From Macrostomum lignano (taxonomy: Eukaryota): DNA of 64,000 nucleotides. The notes beneath the pieces were generated by a model. The model was not told where the DNA came from, did no database searches, and saw nothing but the letters and a program-made list of their open reading frames with translations. Position numbers and translations under genes: made by a program. This document shows, in pieces, positions 23,782-37,400 of this stretch. How positions within the stretch are numbered: the stretch's first letter is position 1; the number at the start of each line of letters is the position of its first letter. The stretch covers positions 62,001 to 126,000 of the forward strand of contig NIVC01001464.1 in the NCBI GenBank assembly GCA_002269645.1, written 5' to 3'.

Positions 23782-25484
23782 TTCTTTTGCTATGGACTCC
23801 CAAATCGCTCAACCAAATGACACCAGGGAAAGAAAGTGTCATAGGCTACCTTAAAATTTCCTAAATCTATTCAAGTATTCCTACCTAAAAGTGCAAAAAA
23901 CTCCTCCATAGAGCCATAGAGGCATAGTTTGACATAATAAAAAGGAACTCAAGAAGAACCAGTAATTGTTTTTTATACTGGCCAGACAAGGTGCGCAGAT
24001 CTGACAGACAGTCACGCACTATATATGCAGGTGTATTTAAATAACTAAATCAAATAGGATCGTCAAGGGTCGGTCAGAGACTGATATATAAAAATAAGCT
24101 ACACAGACAAATAACAATTGTTGATTTTTAATTCGAATTGCAAACAAGCGCGACATAGGCTGTTTGGTGTGACATTATTTTAAAAGCGCTTAAAGCGAAA
24201 AACAACAAATATTCTATTAATTACACTTACAGAAATTAAATTAACAAAGCAAATACACTTATAATTGCTGTGACACAGAAATAGTAGTTATATATAAAGT
24301 TCAAATTAAAAATTATTGAGGCAGGGGGCAAACAATAGGTCTCTATTTATTAACAACAACAAAACTTGCTGGCCAGCAACTACACCAAGGCGAGGCGAAA
24401 GAAAGCGGATTGCATATTTATAGTTATAGAAAAATAAAACGGGGCATAGGGCAATGCTTTTATTAACGATAAAAAAATAGTTGTACACAGATAGATAATA
24501 GAAAACTTGGTCGCTAATCCGAATAACTCAGCTGATGGCATCAAAGCCCGGGGATAGGTGTACACCGCCCCGTTCGGACTCAACCGCAGGGACATCAGTG
24601 CGATGATCATGACCCTCACAGTAAGGAATACCCATTCTGCCTCTCCAGTGGTGTTAAGAAAGCTCGGAGCACTTTATTTGCGACTGCTCAGTCTTTACTT
24701 AGGACAGGCTCATCTACCCCCGGAGCCGCCTGCAGCAGAGTCAAATCACTATAATAAACTTGCCATAATCTGTACTAAAAAAACCTTTCTTAACAACAAA
24801 AGCATTCTCTTTGAAAAAAAACATTGAAAAACTAAACGAAAATGACGCATTATAATCATACTTATATTTCTGTTAACAGAATTCAAGCTTATTGCCAAAA
24901 AAAGTAAAAATATAACAAATTTTCTAGGAAGAAGACAAAGCTAAAATTATCTACATAAAATATGATAGGAGTTTTGATTTCTATATTAAATATACACACA
25001 GAGAGTGACTAATATGACGATAGATTATATCGATTTTTCCTCTTTCTTTTTTGTACTCTGTGACGGCTTACAAAATCCCAGGCATGCTGAACATTCTTTA
25101 AACCACCGATAACATACAAAACTGAGGTTGTTAACAATTGACGAAGCTATATATACACAAACAATAAAATAAGCAAGGCTAAAGAAGTGAATTAAAGCAT
25201 GACCATACAATATATAAGCTACGTACGTGTAGAGACAAAACCGGGACAAAAAGCGAAGCGAGCAAAGCGAAAAAAGCGAACAGATTAAACGAATCTTAAA
25301 AAATACATTTTGTTTCACCTCACCTTCAAATGAACACCTATCAATTGTTTGATACAAACTTATTAGTGAAGAACACACTGAACTACAGCAGAAACTTGTA
25401 TCAATTTATTCTTACGCTCGTTCAAAACAATCAGAAACCTATTATCTCATAAAACTGTTGACTCAACATATCGGTCAGTCTGTG

Positions 25485-28400
25485 TTAGGCAACCACTGTG
25501 CCAGTTTCCTTATCAGCAGCCAGCAGCTCATTAGCAGAGTGCAGCATTCGAGCTGTTTGATCTTTCACTGACATGGCCTCCAGTCGGGCGGCTGGAGACT
25601 GGTACCAGCACTCAGTGAGCACTTGGCACAGTCTGCTCAGCACCGGGTGCTCATGCCAGATCGGCAGAATTGGCGGCCGAGCATTGGCTGGCGGACAGAC
25701 AACGGCTTGCATCTCTTCCAAAGTTGGATTGTTGGGCACCAGATCGTGATAGGGTTGCTGGTATTCTGGCTCAGCCGTGATGCCTCTGCAATGTGGTTTT
25801 GTTATAATAATTGGATCTGGGATGCTGGCCTAATCTGGTTACTGCATTGAGAATCTGGGATGCTGGCCTCATCTGATCAGTGTATTGGGGATCTGGGATG
25901 CTGGCCTCATCTGATCAGTGTATTGGGGATCTGGGATGCTGGCCTCATCTGATCAATGTATTAGGGATCTGGGATGCTGGCCTCATCTGATCAGTGTATT
26001 GGGGATCTGGGATGCTGGCCTCATCTGATCAATGTATTAGGGATCTGGGATGCTGGCTTCATCTGATCAATGTATTAGGGATCTGGGATGCTGGCTTTAT
26101 CTGATCAATGTATTAGGGATCTGGGATGCTGGCTTCATCTGATTAATGTATTGGGGATCTGGGATGCTGGCCTCATCTGATCAATGTATTAGGGATCTGG
26201 GATGTTGGCCTCATCTGATCAGTGTATTGGGGATCTGGGATGCTGGCCTCATCTGATCAATGTATTAGGGATCTGGGATGCTGGCTTCATCTGATCAGTG
26301 TATTAGGGATCTGGGATGCTGGCCTCATCTGATCAATGTATTAGGGATCTGGGATGCTGGCTTCATCTGATCAATGTATTAGGGATCTGGGATGCTGGCC
26401 TCATCTGATCAGTGTATTAGGGATCTGGGATGCTGGCTTCATCTGATTAATGTATTGGGGATCTGGGATGCTGGCCTCATCTGATCAATGTATTAGGGAT
26501 CTGGGATGTTGGCCTCATCTGATCAGTGTATTGGGGATCTGGGATGCTGGCCTCATCTGATCAATGTATTAGGGATCTGGGATGCTGGTCTCATCTGATC
26601 TGTTTATTGGGGATCTGGGATGCTGGTCTCATCTGATCAGTTTATTGGGGATCTGGGATGCTGGCCTCATCTGATCAGTGTATTGGGGATCTGGGATGCT
26701 GGCCTCATCTGATCAATGTATTGGGGATCTGGGATGCTGGCCTCATCTGATCAATGTATAAGGGATCTGGGATGCTGGCTTCATCTGATTAATGTATTGG
26801 GGATCTGGGATGCTGGCCTCATCTGATCAGTGTATTAGGGATCTGGGATGTTGGCCTCATCTGATCAGTGTATTAGGGATATGGGATACTGGCCTCATCT
26901 GATCAGTGTATTGGGGATCTGGGATGCTGGCCTCATCTGATGATCATTAACTGTATTGGGGATCTGGCTGGATGCTGGCCTTATTTCATCAGTATTGGGA
27001 ATATGGGATGCTGGCATCTTATCATCATTGACTGTATTGGGGATCTGGGATGCTGGTCTTATCTAATCTGTTTATTGGGGATCTGGGATGCTGGTCTCAT
27101 CTGATCAGTTTATTGGGGATCTGGGATGCTGGCCTCATCTGATCAGTTTATTGGGGATCTGGGATGCTGGCCTTATCTGATTAGTGTATTGGAGATCTGG
27201 AATGCTGGCCTCATCTGATCAGTGTATTGGGGATCTGGGATGCTGGCCTTATCTGATTAGTGTATTGGGGATCTGGGATGCTGGTCTCATCTGATCAGTT
27301 TATTGGGGATCTGGGATGCTGGCCTCATCTGATCAGTGTATTGGAGATCTGGAATGCTGGCCTCATCTGATCAGTGTATTGGGGATCTGGGATGCTGGCC
27401 TTATCTGATTAGTGTATTGGGGATCTGGGATGCTGGCCTCATCTCATTATTTGGATGCTAGCCTCATCTCATTATTTGGATGCTAGCCTCATCTCATTAC
27501 TGGGATGCTGGCCTAATCTTATCATTGGGAGATGCTGGCCTCATCTCATCAATGTATTGGGGATCTGGGATGCTAAAACTACCTGAGACGATACCAAAAT
27601 GCAAAAGCAAAAGTACAAAAACATGGCAATTACCTATTCGGATCATGGCACCTGACGGCAAGCTCCCAAAACACTAATCCAGTAGCATAGACATCAGCCT
27701 TGCGGAGAGCGGTGAAATCCCTGGCATCCTGACTGGCATTCAAGCATTCCGGACTCAGATAGCGCCTGGTACCAACTAGTCCATTGTTAGCCTCTCCAAT
27801 GCCGCTATCGCTGCCGCCTACAACTCCGAGTCCGCCGCTGCCAAATCCGATAACATTGCCGCAGCCGGGTTGCAGAGCTACGGCTAAACCAAAATCAGCA
27901 ATACAGCAAGACAGATCGGATTTCACCAGGATATTGTTAGATTTGATATCCCGATGCGCAATAGCTGGTTTGCATTTCACGCCGGTGATTTCGCTGTGGA
28001 GATGAGCCAGACCGCTGGCAATGCTGTGCAGCATTCGAGCCATGGTGTGCTGATCTACTGTACACCTGGTCAGGTAGCTCTGCAGAGATCCATTAGCGTG
28101 ATAGTCTGTAATGAGCCACAGCTGAGTCTCCAGTCCAATATCGATATTATCAATAGCAATGAAGCCCAGGATGGAGTCGTGTCGCATGCCGGGCAGTTCG
28201 TACATGTGACCTTCGGTGGACCAGGAGCTCTCCGCCCGGCTGCTGAATATCTTCACCGCCACGGGGTCGTTGCGCCACTCGGAACGGTACACCTGAGGTG
28301 ATTTAGGGAAATTTTTGGGGAGATTTGCTGATGAAAATCGAGCGTCACTAGGTTTAAAGCTTAATGAGAGCACGGGGACCAAATACCAGACTTTTCACAG

Positions 28401-31400
28401 TCATTAATAGATGGGATTACTGACGAGTGCGCTTATGAAGTGATTCATAATTAGTTATGTAGACTATGTAGGGCTTTTTAACTGCTGATGAAGTACTTGA
28501 TAAGGTGGTCATAGGGTATTTGATAGTTGGTCATGAAGTGTCTGATAGGTGGTCATGGGGCATTTGATAGTTGGTCATGGAGTGTCTGATAGGTGGTCAT
28601 GGGGCATTTGATAGTTGGTCATGGAGTGTCTGATAGGTGGTCATGGGGCATTTGATAGTTGGTCATGGAGTGTCTGATAGGTGGTCATGGGGTGTTTGAT
28701 AGGTGGTCATGGGGTGTTTGATAGGTGATCATGGGGTGTTTGATAGGTGGTCATGGGGTGTTTGATAGGTTGTCATGGAGTGTCGGATAGGTGGTCATGG
28801 GGTATTTGATAGGTGGTCATGGGGTGTTTGATAGATGGTCATGGAGTGTCTGATAGGTGGTCATGGGGTAGTTTCAGATAAGTGGTCATGGAGTGGTTGA
28901 TGAGTGGTCATTGAGTGGCTGATGAGTGGTCATGGATTGGCTGAGGAGTGGTCATGGATTGGCTGAGGAGTGGTCATGGATTCGCTGAGGAGTGGTCATG
29001 GATTCGCTGAGGAGTGGTCATGGATTGGCTGAGGAGTGGTCATGGATTGGCTGACGAGTGGGCATGGAGTGCTTGATAAGTGGTCATGGAGTGCTAGATA
29101 GGTGGCTATAGAGTGCTTTATGAGTGGTAATTTAGTGATTGCTGAAATGTTCGTTAATGATTTATGTGGATCAGGGTCTCAATGACTGATTTATCTGGCT
29201 AATGGAGTGAGTCATTAGGGCGTTCCCCAGATCCGCGAACAACAAACAAACAAACAAAAAGCACAAACCTGACCAAACCGCCCCTGACCAATTAGCTCGC
29301 GATGTTCAATCTCCCTAGCAACAGTCCTAGGCAACAATATTGGCAGACCGGATCCGCTGCCAGTTTGAGAATGATCAAACACCGGAGCGGTATCAACGCC
29401 ACTGGTATTCTGATTCGGCTGCTGCTGCTGCTGCTGAGTCGATGGCAGTGAGTCGCCATTACAGACACCGGTACTGGAGCTGCCACCGCCGGCGCTTCCA
29501 CGCGAACGATTATTAGGCACAGCCAGCATCTTCTGCTGCTGCTGGCTAACATTAGGAGCCGGACAGACAAAAGCAACAGCAGATGACGAATTGGAAGAAT
29601 TCGAAGCAGTTAGAAGTTTTTCAACTGCGCCAGTTGAATCCAACTTCTGGCGATGCTGACCGAAAGCGAATGACGAACCGGAGGCTGATGATAAAGCTGG
29701 CTGTTGATGATGTTGCTTCTGCTGATGCTGAGGTGGCGGCGAAGGTGACGAAGAGCCGGACGACTTCAATAAAGAGTCCGACTGGTCCAGCCGTTGGCTC
29801 TGCTGCAGTTTCAATCTGCGCCAATGAGAATAGCAGATGCCTAACAGGCAGGCCAGGAGAGCCAGACAGGCGAAGGCCATGGCGCCAACTGTGGCAGCCA
29901 CAATAGCACTGCTGTTTGGCTGCGGATGAAGGGAAGATTCTTAGCATTTATGAGTCATCGTAGGACGAGGTACTACCGTTTCTTATAGCTCTATTAATTA
30001 CGATTATATGTTTATAATTTAATATCCTAGGTATACTCAGCAACATTGAAAAGTCGGCATCACAGAAGATTGGACGGATTAAAGCTACCCCGAATCAGTT
30101 TTCTCGTATATTTTATTGCAGAAATAGTCCAAGAGAAATTGCTCACTGGCGCCCTATACTGGCGACTTTCAATGTTGCTTGAGCATACATTTTCTGTGTC
30201 TAAAAATCATAACGGCACAACTTAACTCATACAAAAATGACAATATATAGAGTCCTAAATTTATAAACAAAAAAGCTCTATAAAAATATCAACGAATCTA
30301 TAAGAAAGACAAAGTATATAAAAACTTTTTGTTTTCGCTAAAACCTGTTTGTCTTCATTCTTAAGTTTAGTCCTTGTTGTAATGTAGTTATGTAGACATT
30401 TGTAGGTCAAAAACCCCACCCTCCTCTTAACAGGTTCTGACATTTTGTCAGAATCGGATGGCTCACCCAAGACTCGTTATCAGCTCTGCGGTGACTAGCC
30501 ATACCAAGCGCTGATCCATCATTCTCGCTAGCCGGATGCTGTACACCATAGAATCCAGACAGCGAAGTCAAGTACTGCTGCAGATAGCCATCAGTAGCAT
30601 ACGCGTCCATCATCTCTTTAGCTCCAATCTGAGCAAAGAATGACGTCTGATTCAAACTCTTAGGCAAATTACAGCCAGACGGTTCTGAGCAGCAATTCCC
30701 ATCCGGAGTTTTTGAGCACATCAGATTGCCAATAAAATCCACCGTGTCTTGATTAAGCCGATTGCTATTGCTGTTACGTAGCGAGTGAACATCACTGTAG
30801 CGTCTGTTAAAATTGCAAGTTTGTTGGGGTCGGGGATAAAACGTTTTAAAAATAAGCTGGCACAAAATCAAATTAGACAGAGCATACAAATACAGACTGG
30901 GTTATGGACATGTATATTTCCCATGTTGTATAGTTCCCTCAACTAGGAATATTGGTCACTCACTAAATGAGACTTAAAACACCATGAAATTATTGATATG
31001 ATGGGAGGATGGGGTACAATAGTAGAAACAAATTAATTTTGAGGTTACAGACTTGAGCAACATAGATTTTTTCTGTCATATGCCCAATGTGTACTAGAGG
31101 CTAGTAGAGGCTAAAGTTGAGATGAATGTTTTTTTACACTCAATGTGAGGGAGCTCTAAATAAACCTAGGATTCAAGCAACATAATTTTTGACACTACAT
31201 TCAAATGGTGTGGTTTGGGTAATAGGGGTTAAAGTAAGTTAAATGCAGTCCTAGACATTGTTCTAATACAATAAATGAATAATATCTATTAAACAAGCAA
31301 ATAGTAGACATAAGCTAGTTATAGGGAATAAGATCATTCAATTCAAAGGCTTTGATCAGATAATGTTATTTTAATTTTTTATGTATGATTAAAAATAGCA

Positions 31401-34400
31401 CCTATATTAAAGTTTTTTAATCTATGTGAGCTACCAATTATTAGTATGTTTAGCAATTAACAAAATATGCCATCATTTTGGTGATACAATATTGAATTTG
31501 ATCTGATAGCTTTTATACACTAATGGTCAGAAAGTTTTTTATCTATTGTATGTTTAATATATATATATCTGTAATTTAATATCTACAAGCAATCTAACCT
31601 GCTTTAATTATATATGCAATTTAGCTTAAAAATGAATGAACAAATAAAAAATTGTTTTTTTTGTAATAGCTATCATTATTGAAATGAATGTATTTTTTAT
31701 ATAGATATCAATTGATAAACTAGTTCATTTTTTTTCAATTTAAACAAATTGAAAAAAATGAAAATCAACAAAGGTTGCCTTAATATCTATTTTATTTTAT
31801 GAATATAAGACTTAAGTATATATATAACGTGGCTAAAAGATATTGAGGTAAAATTTAAGATGTCATAGCATCTATAAAACATAAAAACCTAGAGGAATAG
31901 ACTGCTAATCAATGAGTCAAATAACCTTATCACTATTTTGCCAATAGTCTTACCCTTTTGCCAGTTAAATAAGCTTGTCATAAGACTTAAAGCTAGACAT
32001 AAACATATTTAAGTATTTTTTTAACTTTTATTTTTTGTCCATATTTGCATTTTTACTTAATGTTGCAGAGTTATAGATTTATAGAAAATCCTTTAAATTT
32101 TTTGTTTTATTAAGGACTTTGCCAAGATGCCTTTAGAAGGTAACCCGATGGAAAATCTGGAGGGGTGTTTGAGGCTCACTTTTTGGCGCTAGCCTCTAAT
32201 GATTTTTTTTATTTGGTTACACTAAACCAATGGGAGGCTAGAGGCTGGGTTAGAGGCTCGACTCTTGGGTGTCGCGGCCTCTAAAAATGACCCAGATTTG
32301 ATGCTTGCAATTTGAGGCTCGTATTGGAGGCTCAATTAGAGGCTGGCGATTTGATGCTCAGTTAGAGGCTGAATTAGAGGCTGAATTAGAGGCTGGCGAT
32401 TTGATGCTCAGTTAGAGGCTGAATTAGAGGCTCAATTAGAGGCTGGCGATTTGATGCTCAGTTAGAGGCTGAATTAGAGGCTCAATTAGAGGCTGGCGAT
32501 TTGATGCTCAGTTAGAGGCTGAATTAGAGGCTCAATTAGAGGCTGGCAATTTGATGCTCAGTTAGAGGCTGAATTAGAGGCTCAATTAGAGGCTGGCGAT
32601 TTGATGCTCAGTTAGAGGCTGAATTAGAGGCTCAATTAGAGGCTGGCAATTTGATGCTCAGTTAGAGGCTGAATTAGAGGCTCAATTAGAGGCTCAATTA
32701 GAGGCTGGCGATTTGATGCTCAGTTAGAGGCTGAATTAGAGGCTCAATTAGAGGCTGGCGATTTGATGCTCAGTTAGAGGCTGAATTAGAGGCTGGATTA
32801 AAGGCTGGCGATTTCGAGATTGTCAATGAGAGGCTGACCCAGCAACTGGGGATCTGGCTAGTAGAGTAAAATTTACTAAAAAATGGAAGAATCAAAAATT
32901 TGTACAGCACAGCAACGGCCGCGCTCATTGAGAACAGTAATAACAGTAACAGCAGTAATTAAGCATGCAGTTATTGGAGCAAAGACAGCATATTTACAAT
33001 GTATTTACATTCGCATAAAATTTTAAATATAACACTGCTTGGTGCGCCAGCTAGCAAGAAAAAGACAAAAAACGGAGAAAGAAAGCGAGAAAGATAAAAA
33101 GACCACTAGCCTACGAATAATTCAGCTGCGAGAACGGCATCAGAGCAATATGCGTTCTGCTCACAAGGCACGTGCCCAGGATTTTGTCGGTGCCGACTGT
33201 GTATGCAGCAGCGTCCGATTCATCGTCACTGCAGAAAGGATCCTCCATCAGGCGCACGACATCAGGCGACGGGTCCCAGCGGAATATTCCAGCCTCTAAC
33301 CCAGTCTCTAATACAGCCTCAAATTTAGCCTCGAATCCTGCCTCAAATTTAGCCTCAAATCCAGCCTCAAATTTAGCCTCGAATCCAGTCTCTAATCCAG
33401 CCTCTAATCCAGCCTCAAATTTAGCCTCGAATCCAGTCTCTAATCCAGCCTCTAATCCAGCCTCTAATTGAGCCTCGAATCCAGTCTCTAATCCAGCCTC
33501 GAATCCAGTCTCTAATCCAGCCTCTAATTCAGTCTCTAATACAGCCTCGAATTTAGCCTCTAAATTAAAAATCAAATTCAGGCTCAAATAAAGCCTCTAA
33601 TCCAGCCTCGAATTTAGCCTCTAAATTAAACGTCAAATCCAGGCTCAAAAAAAGCCTCTAATCCAGCCTCGAATCTAGCCTCTATCTCAGACTCTAATTT
33701 GAACCTCTGCTCTAGCCTCAAATCCAGCATCAAATACAATCTCTTTTGAGGTTAAAGATTATTTTTGAGGCTAGCATCAAACCAGCCTCAAAAAATCCAC
33801 TTTGAGGTTCATTTGAGGCTGCGTTTGAGGCTAGGGTAAAAATTAGAGGCTGCCCTTTTCCCATCGGGTAAATTCTAATAAAACATATTTTTTATAAATC
33901 AATAGCTCAGCAGTATAGTTATACAAAGCCATTGGCATTAGTAGATTCAGAACTTATATAAAAGTCAATTTTAATAAATAGGTTGGCTTTATTGTGCCTA
34001 GTCAAGAAACAATTTAAATATGCTAAATGATGATTATTACAAAAGAAAAAAAGAATTTTAAAACATATTAGTAATAATAGTAATATAGCAAAAATTATAA
34101 GAAAAAGTTTTCTTTTGTTAGCATGTATGTTCTACCATTTATGCCTTTGAGCCATCTTGCCTATTCCCTAGACATTTTGTCTCCTAGGCATTCTGGCTTT
34201 TCCATTCAGATTTCCAATTAGACAATAGATTTTTTTCTTAGGAGTAATATGTACCTAATTTTGTAGGCAACTCTGATCCATTGCAAAACCCTATCTAGAT
34301 TAGAATAAAATAGTTTAGGCTCATTCCATATAAGATGGACATATTTGGAAAATAGAAAAAATTCAATATTTTTGCTTGCCATTGCCTAATTAGCCTATTT

Positions 34401-37400
34401 TTTTACCAAATGTTTATATTGTGCAATATATACAATCTAAGAATAAAGGAATGGTAAAATGTTGGATTAGTATGTTATCAATTGGCAAAAAGTCATTTTT
34501 GTAAAAATTTGGACATTTTTCGAAGCAAAAGACATCATTAAGATTTTGTACCTTTTAAAAACAAATAGAAAGCTTTTGAAGGTTGAAACAAACTATAGAT
34601 AAAAGTATAGTACTTACATCATCAGATAAAAGCATTGGTGACCAAATAATCTATTATATTTTTAATGTATTAGTACCTCAAAGTTACTGAATTGACAGAA
34701 AAAAATATGTTACGACCATAATGTTACGACCATAAGGCTGCCTTTTCTTTTGTATCTTTGTTGCCTTTTGAGTTTATATATTCTAATAAAAGAGTATGAT
34801 TTCTAAAGATGTTCTTAGTCAAATTTTAAAAATGTATTGCAAAATATCAAAAATGAAAAATGTTATAAGACTTTTACCTTTTAGTTTCTATATGTCAAAA
34901 ATCCTGTCGTTACGACCATAAGTGTCATTTAAGGTTTAATAGCATCTATACTAATGATGATATCTATATGAAACTCTATAAATATATTCTAGACAAAATA
35001 ATCTTTCATTTAAAATATTGGTTTAGTATATTCTATTTTTAGATTTCATTTTATAAGTAAAAATAACCTGTCATGTTACGACCATGCTTATATGGAATGA
35101 GCCTTTAGTTAAATAATATATTATCACTTAGGCACTAAACACTATCAGAGTGTCAATAAAGTATATTTGCTAAAGTTGTTTATAAATAGAAAGCTTTTTT
35201 AATTCTAAGGAATCTGGCTTTTTTGTGCGAATGGGTGCAAATAGCATCTTGGTCTTAAAAATTGCACCTTGAAATTTGACTCAGGGTGCAAAAAGCACAC
35301 TAGAATTTTTTGCAAGGATGTGATACAGATTTCACAATTTAGTGTTATGGATATGCAGCGCATCTTGGTCTTGAAAATTGTACCTCTAAATCTAGCACAG
35401 GGTGCGAAATCGCACCCAAGTTATAGACGAAAAAAACCCAGCAAGGAATTGTCTAATTTCTAATAGCTTAACAAATTTGTTAGCTTAATAGCAAGATTGA
35501 AATAGACCTAGCACTATAAATTTGGTATTAGCTACAATATAATTAAATAGCTAGGAACCCCTAAAACTATAGTTGCACTTTATTTATTTTTTAAATATAT
35601 AAAATCCAACTAAAAAAGAATAACTTATTTTTAAAGGCATTACTTAAGACAAAAAATATTTTTAAAGCTAAAATGATCATAAATGCCTAAGGAATAGACT
35701 ATATTATACACATACATGCGCAACCTTGGGAATCACTTGGCCATTTCTATTGGCAACATATACATGTAAGTTGCTATTGGCTGAGAGCAGTCATATGCCT
35801 ACTATTCTATCTAATAGCGACTTATATGTGTGTGTTACCAATAGAAATGGCCGGTGAATCCCTAGGTTATGCTCAAGCATGATTGTACAAATGATAAAAA
35901 ATACTGAAACATATATCTTTTCAATTCCTAATAGGACCAATAGGTTTATATTACGATTGGCAAATGATAGGGCTAGTAATATTGTTTGCTGTGTTAGGTT
36001 AATTTTAAGTTTTTTATATATACACACTTAAATAGATAGAATACAAGAAGTAAGCATTGTTTGATTTTAGATAAATATTAGATCAGTTATAGTGTTATAT
36101 GAATAAGCTATTTAAAAAAGGAAGTTTTTAGACTTTTCCTAGAAAAAAGTGGCACCATATTTGTTGGTTTTTTCAAATAAAGTTTTTAAAAGATAGTTTT
36201 TTTTATAGTCAACACTTTATGCTTGGGCACAAACTAGGGATTCACCTGGCCATTTCTATTGGAAACACACACAATATAAGTCGCTATTGGATAGAATAGT
36301 AGTCGCATGATTGCTCTTAGCCAATAGCAACTTACATGTCTATGTTGCCAATAGAAATGGCTGAGTAATTCCCAAGGTTGTGCATGTATGCAACACTTAA
36401 AACAAAGGCAGTTGTTATTGTTTTAGTAACTATATAAATGATAAGATGGTTATTTTTTAACTTGATATATAAGACAAATATTATCTTAATGAAATAACAA
36501 ACTTGCACTGTAAATTTTAAAAAGTTATTTAAAAAATAAAGAAATACATTATTAATAAATACATTGAAACAATAATAACTTCTAATAGTGGCTTACTTTA
36601 GACAATTGTTAATTATCACTTATAGTCTAGAAGGTGGCATTTAAACTAGAAAATTTCAATATATATTTGTTTTTGATAACAATCTTAGCATACACTTGGT
36701 ATATAAAAAGCCAAGTTTAAAGCTAATATAATTGTATAATTAAATAGCAACCAACAAAAGCTTTTTAAAACATAATTAGAAACTAAAATAGAAAACATTA
36801 CAACTTATGAGAAAAACAAAATTAAAACAAAGAATATCAATTTTTAGCAAACACAGCTATTTTAATATTTATTTTTATTAAAACTCATGTTTCTAAAAAA
36901 TGTACTTTCTAAAAATTGGCATATGAACAACTTTGCATTTTGAATAACTTCTAAATTTTATATTGGCAAAAACATGCAAAAAATGAATTCTCATTCTATT
37001 TCTATTTAATATATTTACCATGATCTTGACTATGGATTACCATATAATAATTTAAAAGTTTTTCCACATGACCATAAATTAAAAATAGCCATGTGCCTTT
37101 TATGCCAGAATTTTCCAGCATATTTTTGCTTTCACTAACAATCTTGATATACATTAGATATATAGAATTTTCAGGTTCAACATGAAGTGTGTACACATTC
37201 GGCATACAAAAAATAGCCAAGTTCAAGGCTAATATAATTGTGTAGTTGAATATCAATCAATGTTGAAAGCTTTTTTTTTAAAATAATCAAAAATTAAAAT
37301 TTCAAATATTAAATCATAAAAAATCAAAATTAAAAAAAAGAATATCAGTTATTAGCAAAAGATAGCCTTTCCCAAGATAGAATTCTTCCTCAGAAGTAGG

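Noticed and set aside
30407-30466. Extending receptor exon 2 to the GG|GTGGGG donor at 30419
   Set aside because: The TGG|GTGAGC donor at 30466 is stronger and phase-matches the strong acceptor at 29920.
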